This document shows positions 8,712-17,974 of a stretch of DNA of 36,444 bases, piece by piece; positions within the stretch are counted from its first letter, which is position 1; the number at the start of each line of letters is the position of its first letter. Source of the DNA: a virus. The position numbers and the translations under genes are program-made. Under the pieces are notes generated by a model that saw only the letters and a program-made list of their open reading frames with translations, was not told the DNA's origin and made no database searches. Location: UHGV virus genome UHGV-0373079; one strand, 5' to 3'.

Positions 8712-9176
8712 ATGCCCGATACGTATAGAATTTATAAAGGTAATGAAAAAGTAGCAGAAAGTGAGAATCCAATCACTCTTGCAGGTCTACAATCTAATAC
8801 TAAATATGAAGCTGGAGCATTTAAGATTGTGCGAGTAAAAGGAAATGAGGAATCTGAAAAAATTCCTATTTCTGAATTTACTACATTGGCCTCAATCGTT
8901 TCGGTAACGGAAGTCACTTTGTCTCCTAAAACTTCTACAGCTAACGCAGGGGTGGCTGGTAGCCGGCAGTTAACTGCAACAGTGACACCAGTAGAAGCGA
9001 CAAATAAAAAAGTATCGTATAAAATTGAGCCAGCAACCGAAGGGCTTGATGTATCAGATTCTGGAAATATCACATGGACAGAAACAGTACCAGCTGGTGA
9101 ATATGTAACCACGGTAACTACAGAAGATGGAAATAAAACAGATACAAACACATTAACATTAACTAAAACAGTATAA
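8712..9176 (+). CDS. Ig-like decoration protein: N-terminally truncated fibronectin type III domain (strands C-G) plus a Big_2 domain
   Basis: Its own strong RBS AAGGAAGGGG. YRIYKGNEK, ITLAGLQSNTKYEAGAFKIVRV and EKIPISEF match FN3 strands C, E-F and G. VTLSPKTSTANAGVAGSRQLTATVTP...VSYKI...G.ITW is a Big_2 signature. Confidence 0.7.
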   Translation: MPDTYRIYKGNEKVAESENPITLAGLQSNTKYEAGAFKIVRVKGNEESEKIPISEFTTLASIVSVTEVTLSPKTSTANAGVAGSRQLTATVTPVEATNKKVSYKIEPATEGLDVSDSGNITWTETVPAGEYVTTVTTEDGNKTDTNTLTLTKTV

Positions 9177-9187
9177 ATATAGCTAAA

Positions 9188-9216
9188 AGGGCAGCTTTTG
9201 ATAGTTGTCCTTTTTT
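9188..9216 (+). terminator. Weak rho-independent terminator
   Basis: AGGGCAGC / GTTGTCCT form an 8-bp stem with two G.U pairs, followed by TTTTTT. Confidence 0.3.
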
Positions 9217-9230
9217 AGGAGGACAAACAG

Positions 9231-9626
9231 ATGGCAGTAAAAATGAAACCTGTAGTAACAATTAACGAGAAAAAATATCCATTGAATTTTGGATTTAAAT
9301 TTTTAAATGAAGTAAAAGCAATAAAACCAGAAGTTGAAGAAGTAGATAATTTTGTGCAGTTGATAGGTGGAATCCAAGACGGAGATGCATTTGCCTTAAG
9401 AGAATTAATTCATGCTGCACTTGCTACTTATGATGATTTGACGACTGAAGATATTGATAATTATTTAGAAACGTCTGATGAGGTTCATAAATTATTTGAA
9501 AATTTTATGATTTTCTTAGAACAAGCACCTCTTACAGCACTTCGTACAAAGAAAGCGAAGGAAGCCATAGAGAAAATCGTGGATCTGATGGAGCAGATGG
9601 ACGTCAACCAAGCGCTCAGTCGGTAG
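9231..9626 (+). CDS. Tail assembly chaperone (gpG-like)
   Basis: 131 aa acidic protein directly upstream of the tape measure. It contains the slippery heptamer. Confidence 0.6.
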   Translation: MAVKMKPVVTINEKKYPLNFGFKFLNEVKAIKPEVEEVDNFVQLIGGIQDGDAFALRELIHAALATYDDLTTEDIDNYLETSDEVHKLFENFMIFLEQAPLTALRTKKAKEAIEKIVDLMEQMDVNQALSR

Positions 9627-10015
9627 AAGACCAAGAGCTAAGTTATGAAGATATAATCGTTGAGTGTTTCCAGTATTTTCCCAACATTACGTTAAAAGAG
9701 ATCGAGCGTATGACACCTTATGAGTTTAGTTTACGAACGAAAGCTGTAAATCTTCGAGCTATTAATGAGGAACGTAAGTTATACGTTAATGCGTTAGCCA
9801 ATCGAATTTTTACGGCTACTGATGATAAAGGTGAAAAATATATTTTTAATGATGTAAAAGATATTTATGATTATGAAAACTTGGAATTAAAAGTTAAAGG
9901 TAAATCTTCATCAGAAGAGCTTGAGAAACTAAATGAAATAACAGAAAATGCGCGTCGATTAGAACAAGCAAGAAAAATAGTTGAGGAAAGGAGGAAAAAA
10001 CATGGGACAGAGTAA
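9500..10015 (+). CDS. gpT-like -1 frame segment of the tail assembly chaperone (G-T fusion by programmed -1 frameshift at A_AAT_TTT, 9500-9506)
   Basis: The -1 frame is open from 9500, exactly at the heptamer AAATTTT, to 10015. The G frame stops at 9626. Confidence 0.55.
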   Translation, partial: KFYDFLRTSTSYSTSYKESEGSHRENRGSDGADGRQPSAQSVEDQELSYEDIIVECFQYFPNITLKEIERMTPYEFSLRTKAVNLRAINEERKLYVNALANRIFTATDDKGEKYIFNDVKDIYDYENLELKVKGKSSSEELEKLNEITENARRLEQARKIVEERRKKHGTE

Positions 10016-13000
10016 ATCTGTGACAGCGATTCTTACGGCCAGAGATAACGGTTTTACTAGAACTATGAATGGTGCCACAGGAGCGATAAAAACTTTTAAA
10101 GTTGGGGTTGGCGGGATTTCTGGAGCTATTCAAACAGCAGGATCAGCGATGGGCTCATTTGGAAATAAGATAAGTACAATCGGCAGCAAAATAGAAAAAG
10201 TAGGTAAATTTTCAACAAAAGCTTTAAGTGTTCCGATTGTCGCAGGGCTTGGTCTTGCTACGAAATCAGCCGTTGAATTCGATAATGAAATCCAAAGTAT
10301 GGGCGCTCTTTTAGATGACGGTAGCTTATCCGCTGGGGATTTGCAAAAACAATTGGCCGGCCTTTCCGATGCATCAATGAAATGGTCACAACAATATGGC
10401 GTTTCGACTAGTGCAATTAACGATGGTATGGCAGAACTTATTAAAAAGGGGTACAGCTATAACCAAGTTATCGGTGCCATGCCGTCTATTTTGGATGCTT
10501 CTAAAGCTTCAGGAGAAGATTTCAACCTGGTAATGAATAACTCTACAGCAGTTTTAGAGCAATTCGGACTTAAAGCCGACTCGACAGAAGAAACGTTGAA
10601 AAATACTCAGAGAGTAACTGACTCTTTAACTTACGTTGCAAATGCGACGGCGGCTGGATTCTCAGATATGGGTGAAGCAATGAAATATGTCGGTCCTGTT
10701 GCTAATACTGTAGGATTCTCAATGGAAGAAACCGCAGCAGCCATAGGCCTTATGTCTAATAACGGTATTGAAGGCTCTATAGCAGGTACGGCGCTACGTG
10801 GTGCTTTAACCAGACTATTAAAACCATCCAAACAAAATATTGCAGGATTCGAGCAATTAGGGATTTCAGTTGATGAATTCAAAAACGGGACATTAACCTT
10901 GCCTGATATCCTAGACAAGATTAAGAATAATACGGAAGGTTGGACTGATGCTCAAAAAGCGGCTGCCATCGCAACAGCTTTTGGAACAGAGGCTCAGTCG
11001 GGGATGAACGTATTAATTCACCAAGGTGGAGATGCTTTACGTAACTTGACTGAAAAAACTCAAAATGCATCAGGTTACACCAAAGAAATTGCTAATACAA
11101 TGAATAATACGGCTGCAGCTAAGATTGAAAAATTTAAAGCAAGCCTCAATGTATTAGGGATAACGATTGGCGAAAAGGTTATTCCGATAATGACGCCTTT
11201 TATTGAAAAAGCAACAGAGCTAATTAAGAAATTCAGTGAAATGGACGAAGGGACAAAAGCGAATATCTTAAAATGGGGAGCGCTAATTGCTGCCATCGGG
11301 CCAGTGTTGACTGTGTTTGGTAAGCTAAGTAAAGTTTTTGGTAAAACAATTTCAGGAATGTTTAGAACTGCTTCAAAATTGGATAGTAAATGGCAACAAT
11401 TTATCGTTAATCCTATAAAAAAGGGGTCAGAAAGTGCTATACAAGCAGTACGAGGATTTGTTTCTAAGTACAAAGCAAATCTTGCTGGATTAGAAAGTTC
11501 TGGTGTTAATGTAAACTTATTAACAAGATTTACCACTTTAGGAGAGACTATTTCAGGTCTTTTTCCTACGTTAGATACATTTAGAGCAAATCTTCGAGCG
11601 AGTCAGAGACAACTAAATATGTTGGGAGACGGAAATAAGGTAACTAATTTCTTTCGCTCTTTTTCTGCCTCCTTACAACTCTCTAATGGGAAATTAGCTA
11701 AATTTGCATCAGTAGTTATTAATCCTATAGGCTCTCTAAGAAATTTATCCACTACTGCTGGGAAGTCAGGGACTGTTTTATCAGGACTCGGCGTAGCTGC
11801 CTCAAAAGCAGGTGGAGGTTTTAGAACATTTGCGGCAACAGGTATACGATCCATAGCTAGCCTAAGTGGTGCAATGTTAAGTAATCCAATTACTGCCGTA
11901 TTACTGCTTATTACTGCTGGAGTTGCTTCAGCAATAAGCGCATGGAAATCAAACTTTATGAATGTACAAGGATACGCCAAGACTGCTTTTGGAGGTATTA
12001 TTGATTCGCTAAAAAATGTCTTACCTAGTTTCAAGAGTGTGACAAACGTAGTAAAAAGTTTCGGGAATACGTTTAAATGGCTAGGAACTGGTGTAATCGT
12101 GGGTACTACATTTGCTATAGCAGGTTTTGTTGATGGCCTACGTTTAATTGTGACCGTTGGTAAGTCAGTAGTTAACGCAGTAATGGCTATGGCTAATGGA
12201 ATCAAAGGCTTGTGGAAAAGATTAACCGGTGATTCTGAAGGAGCTGACAAAGCGTTTAAAGACGCGAAGAAAAGCTTATCTGATATTGAAAAAGATTGGG
12301 ATAAGATGTTTTCCGATTCAGCTTTAAAGAAAGCTGCTAAAAGTACAGAAGAGCTAGGAGAAAAATCTAAGGAAACTGCAAAAGGAATTTCTCTTAATAT
12401 GGAGTCGGCCTCTACAAGTGTAGATGAGTATTCTTCGAAATTAGATGAAGCAAAACAAGCAATGACAGATATGTTTTCGCAAGCGAACGGAAGTACAGCA
12501 GGCGTTGAAGCATACTTCAAAAATACCCTTGACTTAGTAACAAGTATGAAGGAACAACAGAAAAAAGCTGTTGAGACTTATAATAAGCAAATTGAGTCAG
12601 CGGAAGGAAAATCGGAAGAGAAAAAGCGTGAGATCTATGCTAATGCCTCAAGCGAATACATGAAAACTGTTCAAAATTCAAACTCTAATCTAATGAAGGT
12701 CTACAGTGATTATTCTGCTCAACTTAAAAATAATAAAACGGTTGAGGGTCAAGAGCTGAACGAACAGCAAAGAAATACGCTACAAAATCAAACAAATATT
12801 ATTCGCGATCAGTTGTTACAACAAAACAAACAGTATGTTGAAGCAAGCGTTAATAAATTAGCTAACAAACAACAACTAAGTGCTCAAGAGCAACAACAAG
12901 CACAACAAAGTTTACAGACATTAGGTGAAATTGAAACTCAACAGATACAAGCAAATGATGCACAAATTAAGCAATTGACCGATCAGAAGAATCAAGCAAA

Positions 13001-14255
13001 AACAGCATCAGAACAAGCAGCGTTCCAAAACCAAATCACACAGTTACAAACACAAAATGCTCAGATTAGACAAAATGAGTTAGAACAAGGGGCACAATTA
13101 TTAGCTATCATTTCACAAAATGGTTCGAATAATGTCGCTGTCACTTCAAATAATCTAGCACAATTAAAAAATGTCACGGATCAACAGTTATTAGGTGTTT
13201 ATCAATCCTATGTAAATAACGGGGCAAACACTAACGAACAAATGGCATTGCTTGCAGGAATGCTACGTCAAAGAGGGATAGATGGAGCAAATGGCCTTGT
13301 TCAAGGTCTCCAAAGTAGCGACCCATCAAAATGGGCGAGTATGTCTCGAGCAGATATAATTAACACTTTACAAGCTTTACCTCCTGATTTATTTAGAAAT
13401 GGTCAAGACGGTAAAAACCAGTTAATTAACGGGCTTGAATCAGGTAAAACAGCAATCAATAACGTTGGTAAAGAGTTAATGTCTTCAATGAATAGTGGTC
13501 AAAACTCTCAAAAGTCCAATTCAAGACGAGCAGGTGCTGACAATAGTAGTGCCACCGCTGAGGGTACCAGAAGTAAAAGCAACGAGCATAAAAATGCTGG
13601 GAAAAGTAACGCACAACAAACGAACTCTGGTACTAATTCAGAAAAATCCAACGCAAATAATGCAGGTAATCAATTAGGCGCGGCAACTGTTCAAGGTGTC
13701 CTTTCTCAAACAGGTGGTGCGAATAATGCTGGTAAGTCATTAGGTAATGCTGTAAGTAACGGTGCTGGATCAGTAGACATGAGCCCAATTGGTGTTAATA
13801 TGGCGAGAGGCGTTGGAAGTGGGATTACGGCAGGAAAAGCTGCCGCCGTGGGAGCTATGCAACAATTAGTTGCAGAAGTTAACGCAGAAGCGCAAAAAAA
13901 AGCTAAAATCAAATCGCCTTCAAGATTATTGAAATACAGCGTAGGTGTTTTCCTAGCACAAGGGGTCGCTGCTGGTATTAAAGAAGATACGTCAGTTGCT
14001 GTTCAAAGTGCTAGAGATATGATTACAAGTATTCAAAAATCTATTACAGGTAGTAACCTTGTTAAACGTTCCAATGCTATAGAAATTAAACATTCCATTG
14101 ACAACACACCGATAAATAAAATGTTTGAGATGTTACAAGATATTAAAAATTTAACAGTTGTAATGGATACAGGACGTGTTGTTGGCGCACTTGGAACACC
14201 GATGAACAATAACTTAGCAGAACAACAAAAGCAAGATGGGAGGTATCGTAGTTGA
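10002..14255 (+). CDS. Tail tape measure protein
   Basis: About 1417 aa. AAAGGAGG lies before ATG 10002. Gly/Ala-rich membrane-like segments and a long Q/N-rich coiled-coil region. Canonical position. Confidence 0.85.
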   Translation: MGQSKSVTAILTARDNGFTRTMNGATGAIKTFKVGVGGISGAIQTAGSAMGSFGNKISTIGSKIEKVGKFSTKALSVPIVAGLGLATKSAVEFDNEIQSMGALLDDGSLSAGDLQKQLAGLSDASMKWSQQYGVSTSAINDGMAELIKKGYSYNQVIGAMPSILDASKASGEDFNLVMNNSTAVLEQFGLKADSTEETLKNTQRVTDSLTYVANATAAGFSDMGEAMKYVGPVANTVGFSMEETAAAIGLMSNNGIEGSIAGTALRGALTRLLKPSKQNIAGFEQLGISVDEFKNGTLTLPDILDKIKNNTEGWTDAQKAAAIATAFGTEAQSGMNVLIHQGGDALRNLTEKTQNASGYTKEIANTMNNTAAAKIEKFKASLNVLGITIGEKVIPIMTPFIEKATELIKKFSEMDEGTKANILKWGALIAAIGPVLTVFGKLSKVFGKTISGMFRTASKLDSKWQQFIVNPIKKGSESAIQAVRGFVSKYKANLAGLESSGVNVNLLTRFTTLGETISGLFPTLDTFRANLRASQRQLNMLGDGNKVTNFFRSFSASLQLSNGKLAKFASVVINPIGSLRNLSTTAGKSGTVLSGLGVAASKAGGGFRTFAATGIRSIASLSGAMLSNPITAVLLLITAGVASAISAWKSNFMNVQGYAKTAFGGIIDSLKNVLPSFKSVTNVVKSFGNTFKWLGTGVIVGTTFAIAGFVDGLRLIVTVGKSVVNAVMAMANGIKGLWKRLTGDSEGADKAFKDAKKSLSDIEKDWDKMFSDSALKKAAKSTEELGEKSKETAKGISLNMESASTSVDEYSSKLDEAKQAMTDMFSQANGSTAGVEAYFKNTLDLVTSMKEQQKKAVETYNKQIESAEGKSEEKKREIYANASSEYMKTVQNSNSNLMKVYSDYSAQLKNNKTVEGQELNEQQRNTLQNQTNIIRDQLLQQNKQYVEASVNKLANKQQLSAQEQQQAQQSLQTLGEIETQQIQANDAQIKQLTDQKNQAKTASEQAAFQNQITQLQTQNAQIRQNELEQGAQLLAIISQNGSNNVAVTSNNLAQLKNVTDQQLLGVYQSYVNNGANTNEQMALLAGMLRQRGIDGANGLVQGLQSSDPSKWASMSRADIINTLQALPPDLFRNGQDGKNQLINGLESGKTAINNVGKELMSSMNSGQNSQKSNSRRAGADNSSATAEGTRSKSNEHKNAGKSNAQQTNSGTNSEKSNANNAGNQLGAATVQGVLSQTGGANNAGKSLGNAVSNGAGSVDMSPIGVNMARGVGSGITAGKAAAVGAMQQLVAEVNAEAQKKAKIKSPSRLLKYSVGVFLAQGVAAGIKEDTSVAVQSARDMITSIQKSITGSNLVKRSNAIEIKHSIDNTPINKMFEMLQDIKNLTVVMDTGRVVGALGTPMNNNLAEQQKQDGRYRS

Positions 14256-14974
14256 TTGAAATTGTAGAATATATGGCCAAAGGTCGTTTTAATAGCAAAG
14301 AACATGGTTTCTACATTATTGAACACGATGCTCCTTCAGCGGAAGAAGTGGAAATTATTGAACAGATCCCTTTCATGCAAGGTCAGTATGATTTTTCCAT
14401 GCTTACAGGAGAACGAATTTTTAGTAATCGCATTGTCACTGTTACTTTTTGGCGACCTAATACGCCATACGAAGAACGAAAGGTATTAGAGGCGAAAGTA
14501 AAAGAAGAGTTGATGATGGATGGAATTGATTACATTGATGATTCTTGGTTACGTTCAGGGCTTCGCTGGTATGGAAAATGCAAAAGTGTGAAAGCAGAAG
14601 ATGACTCGTCAAGTAATTCATTAACGTTAACCGTAGAATTTGACGTGTATCCTTTTGCTTTAAGGGAAAATATTTCTTATTCCGATGTCTTTGACGAGGA
14701 CTATTTCACAGACGATAGCGCCGACAATTGGACAGGCTACTATATTCACGGAAAAAGAGAAATTTTTCTTATCAATATGGGAGCGAATGCTTCTAGTCCA
14801 ACAATAAAGGCAACGTCTACAATGCAATTAACTACTGATGACGGAACAACAATAAAAGTTCCGAAAGGCGAATCGCAAGATTATTTCTTTAAATTAAAAA
14901 GAGGGACCAACCACTTAACTATTTATGGCGAAGGTCATATCTCTTTCTTTATGTCTAGTGAGGTGATGGTCTAA
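14252..14974 (+). CDS. Distal tail protein (Dit)
   Basis: 240 aa, overlaps the tape-measure stop, in the canonical siphovirus order. Confidence 0.55.
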   Translation: MIEIVEYMAKGRFNSKEHGFYIIEHDAPSAEEVEIIEQIPFMQGQYDFSMLTGERIFSNRIVTVTFWRPNTPYEERKVLEAKVKEELMMDGIDYIDDSWLRSGLRWYGKCKSVKAEDDSSSNSLTLTVEFDVYPFALRENISYSDVFDEDYFTDDSADNWTGYYIHGKREIFLINMGANASSPTIKATSTMQLTTDDGTTIKVPKGESQDYFFKLKRGTNHLTIYGEGHISFFMSSEVMV

Positions 14975-16419
14975 TGTATCGAGTATTATTGTTTGATAAT
15001 CCGAACAGAAAGAATCCAAAGATTGTTCATGAGCCATATAGCTATGGTGAGAAAATCAAAGATAGTGAAGTATATTTATCGCTTAACGGATTAGGAATTT
15101 CTACTTTTGAATTTACCTTTAATATTAACAATAAATACTATCAAAAGATTGAGCCGATTATTCACTTTATCCAGATTCTGGATGTTACAAGAAATAAAGA
15201 AATTTTTTATGGTAGAGTTGCTAAAATCACGAATAAAATGGAAGCATCAGGAAGCTTTTCTCAAACTCTTTTAGCGGAGGATGAGAAAGCTTTTTTATAT
15301 GATTCTGTTCAAACCTATATGAAACCAACACGGATGACTGTATCTGCTTATTTACAAAAAATACTCGATGCACACAATAAACAAGTTGAAGCGCATAAGC
15401 AGTTTCGGCTTGGTGAAGTGAATGTTGTAGATAATGGGGACTTGCTAAGAGGATTAGGCTATCAAAGTACAGCGGATACCATTAAAGAAAAATTGTTGGA
15501 TAGGCTGGGCGGTACGTTAACACTTCGACGCGTTGGAAATATAAATTATTTAGATTATCTATCTAATTATGGTGTGAACAGTGAAACTCCTTTACAGTTA
15601 ACCAAAAATCTAAAAAGTGCTACTCGAGATATTGATATTTCTGAATTGTTTACAAGGATTGTGCCCGTCGGTCAAGATATTGAAGATACGTCAAATACTG
15701 ATATTGAAGTGGGAACAGATTTTTCACGACCTAAATACACCATCGAAAAAGTAAATGGCGGTAAGAATTACCTTGATGATGAAGCGTTAATCAAAAAATT
15801 TGGATTAAACACGGGTATTGTAGAATTTTCAAATGTCAAAGACCCATCAATTTTAAAACGTCGAGGGTTGCAATGGCTAAAAGACCAAAGCTTGATGCTG
15901 GTAACTTGGACAGTTGAAGCCATTGAGTTAGGGCTATTGGATAAACGGTATGAATTAATCACTTTAGGAAACAGTTATAAAGTAGATAATCAATTTATTT
16001 ATGCTGTAGAACGATTACAAGTGATTGAGAAAAAATTTAGTATTTTAGAACCGCAAAAGGTTACTTTGACTATTGGTTCGAAAAAGAAAAAACTGACCGA
16101 TTATCAAAACGAAATAAAAGCTATTCAATCCAATTTAGTAAACGTAAAAAAATTTGCGACGGCAGGAGTTCAAAACATATCAGAGTTGATAAAAAGACAG
16201 GAAGAATTTGACAATGATTTATCTGTTCAAAGTAGTAAAGTTAGTTCTTTGGAAGACTTAACCAGTGAATTATCAACAACCGTGACAGAATCGACGGAAG
16301 CCTTTAAACAATTAGCAAGTGATTTAACAAATACAGTCGAATCTGTAGGTACTGCTCAAACTGAGATGAAAAAGGCGTTAGACGATTTAATTAAGCGCGT
16401 AGAGAAATTAGAAAAATAA
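14974..16419 (+). CDS. Tail-associated protein (Tal / prophage tail endopeptidase-like N-domain with C-terminal coiled coil)
   Basis: 481 aa, follows Dit. Confidence 0.5.
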   Translation: MYRVLLFDNPNRKNPKIVHEPYSYGEKIKDSEVYLSLNGLGISTFEFTFNINNKYYQKIEPIIHFIQILDVTRNKEIFYGRVAKITNKMEASGSFSQTLLAEDEKAFLYDSVQTYMKPTRMTVSAYLQKILDAHNKQVEAHKQFRLGEVNVVDNGDLLRGLGYQSTADTIKEKLLDRLGGTLTLRRVGNINYLDYLSNYGVNSETPLQLTKNLKSATRDIDISELFTRIVPVGQDIEDTSNTDIEVGTDFSRPKYTIEKVNGGKNYLDDEALIKKFGLNTGIVEFSNVKDPSILKRRGLQWLKDQSLMLVTWTVEAIELGLLDKRYELITLGNSYKVDNQFIYAVERLQVIEKKFSILEPQKVTLTIGSKKKKLTDYQNEIKAIQSNLVNVKKFATAGVQNISELIKRQEEFDNDLSVQSSKVSSLEDLTSELSTTVTESTEAFKQLASDLTNTVESVGTAQTEMKKALDDLIKRVEKLEK

Positions 16420-16424
16420 GAGAG

Positions 16425-17165
16425 GTGAGACGGTTGGCACAAGAATTTAAGGATACTCGACCAACAAATGAACCAAATACAACAGTTGATTATCAAGACC
16501 CGACCGATGTCGATGAGGTGCAAGATGAAATAAAAAACGGTGTGATTGATCCTATTTCTCAAACGTTCGCTTTGTGGATTCGAACAAAGATGTATCGACG
16601 ACATGTTCGAGAATCTTTAGCTCGTATGATGGAGTATACCAGTGTTTTATTTAATAAAATAAAGGCTATTTCTGAAAATACAGAAAAACGCCAATCCAAA
16701 GTAGAACAACGTCAAACCAATTTAGAGGAACGTTTTAAAGATGTAATCGCAAATGCTACAACAGATAGCGAAGTTATCGATGCTCGAAGTAGTGAACGTT
16801 TGGGGAATTTTAAAACGTTGGATGAACGGCTAGAATATTTTGAAAATATTATTGCTTCTGTAATTCCAGTTGGTTTTGATGTAACTATTGTTCACAATTT
16901 AGGAGCTCAACCAGTCGTTAATGTTCGTACTTGGACACATGGTATAGGTGTACTGCCTTTAGGTACAGAACCAACAGGGTTATTTGGCGGTAGTGCTTCT
17001 CAATCAATTCAAAGCACTGTAAGACATGTTAATTCTTCAGAGTGCATTGTATCTATTCCTTTGGATTATACAACGGAATTTTTACCAGTAAAAATTAATG
17101 AATATAAATATTTACTTATAGATGAAAAAAATAGTCGATCCATAGTGTTTGATTTAATTATATAG
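16425..17165 (+). CDS. Tail fibre / baseplate-associated protein
   Basis: 246 aa, coiled-coil then beta-rich C-terminus. The start may be TTG 16434, after GAGGTGA. Confidence 0.35.
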   Translation: MRRLAQEFKDTRPTNEPNTTVDYQDPTDVDEVQDEIKNGVIDPISQTFALWIRTKMYRRHVRESLARMMEYTSVLFNKIKAISENTEKRQSKVEQRQTNLEERFKDVIANATTDSEVIDARSSERLGNFKTLDERLEYFENIIASVIPVGFDVTIVHNLGAQPVVNVRTWTHGIGVLPLGTEPTGLFGGSASQSIQSTVRHVNSSECIVSIPLDYTTEFLPVKINEYKYLLIDEKNSRSIVFDLII

Positions 17166-17181
17166 AAAGGATGTTGAGAAT

Positions 17182-17634
17182 ATGGAATTAACCAGAATTT
17201 ATCGAGGGATGGAGAACGGAGCAGAAGCTATTGAAGAAAATTTTGATAGTCTTGAAAAGTTACTAAATAAGTTATCTGAAACAAATATTTTAAATGTAGG
17301 TAAAAAAGTTTGGTCAGGAGCATGGTATATGGGGGAAAATCAATCAATTAATCCGAGTTTACCATTGGATCAATGTCTTTCTGGCTGGTTATTTTTATAT
17401 CAACCATATAACACAAGTACAAGCCTAGGAGACAATTGGGATTTGAACTATGTATTTGTTCCAAAAACGCATATAGTGGAATTTGGAGGTCATGCGGTTG
17501 TTCATCATTTAGAAACATTGAATGGAGCAAAATACAACAAATATATTTATATAAGCAATACGCAAATTTTAGGCCATAAAAATAATAATACTGCTTCAAA
17601 AACTTTTGTATTGACACGGGTGTATGCAATTTAA
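17182..17634 (+). CDS. Hypothetical tail/receptor-binding region protein
   Basis: 150 aa, RBS AGGATG. The call is by position only. Confidence 0.3.
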   Translation: MELTRIYRGMENGAEAIEENFDSLEKLLNKLSETNILNVGKKVWSGAWYMGENQSINPSLPLDQCLSGWLFLYQPYNTSTSLGDNWDLNYVFVPKTHIVEFGGHAVVHHLETLNGAKYNKYIYISNTQILGHKNNNTASKTFVLTRVYAI

Positions 17635-17652
17635 GAAAGGAGAAAGTTAGCT

Positions 17653-17973
17653 ATGAAAATATGGATTGATGATATTCAAGGTTATTTACAAGGATATTCC
17701 ACAATGGAACAACCTAATGCGATTGAACTTGAAGTAGAAAAAGAGCCAACAGATTTTTTTAATTATCGTTGGAATGGTACAAATTTAATATACGATCCTG
17801 ACAATGTGCCAGAACCAGAGCCAACACCGCCTACGGAATTGGAACTTTTACAAAAGCAAAATGCGGAATTAATGAAGCAAGTTTCTCAGCAGAATCAAGT
17901 TATTCAACAAACACAAAGAATGACTGGCGAATTGATGAAACAAGTCGCTGAACTTACGAAAGGAGCGGAATAA
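17653..17973 (+). CDS. Hypothetical protein, possibly XkdW-like
   Basis: 106 aa, directly upstream of the XkdX-like ORF. Confidence 0.3.
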   Translation: MKIWIDDIQGYLQGYSTMEQPNAIELEVEKEPTDFFNYRWNGTNLIYDPDNVPEPEPTPPTELELLQKQNAELMKQVSQQNQVIQQTQRMTGELMKQVAELTKGAE

Positions 17974-17974
17974 G

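Noticed and set aside
8695-8714. A second -1 frameshift linking the A-B peptide frame directly to the FN3(C-G)-Big_2 ORF
   Set aside because: The 13-nt overlap (GGAAGGGGAATAG) has no X_XXY_YYZ slippery heptamer. The downstream ORF has its own ATG preceded by the strong Shine-Dalgarno AAGGAAGGGG, so independent initiation is more parsimonious. A sequencing indel at the GGGG run cannot be excluded.
8732-9151. 139-aa minus-strand ORF opposite the FN3/Big_2 gene
   Set aside because: It is a shadow ORF of a T/V-rich beta-domain coding region. The sense-strand ORF has a strong RBS and clear domain signatures.
12700-13700. Q/N-rich, low-complexity repetitive segment in the tape-measure protein (QQ..QN..Q runs, then an S/N/G-rich tract)
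   Set aside because: This is compositional coiled-coil and linker repetition common in tape-measure proteins, not a discrete DNA repeat or mobile element.
10631-13912. Minus-strand ORFs inside the tape-measure gene (10631-10918, 11075-11536, 11603-12520, 13706-13912)
   Set aside because: These are antisense shadow ORFs of a long Gly/Ala/Ser-rich coding region. They have no RBS or start context, and the sense-strand tape-measure frame is continuous and canonical.
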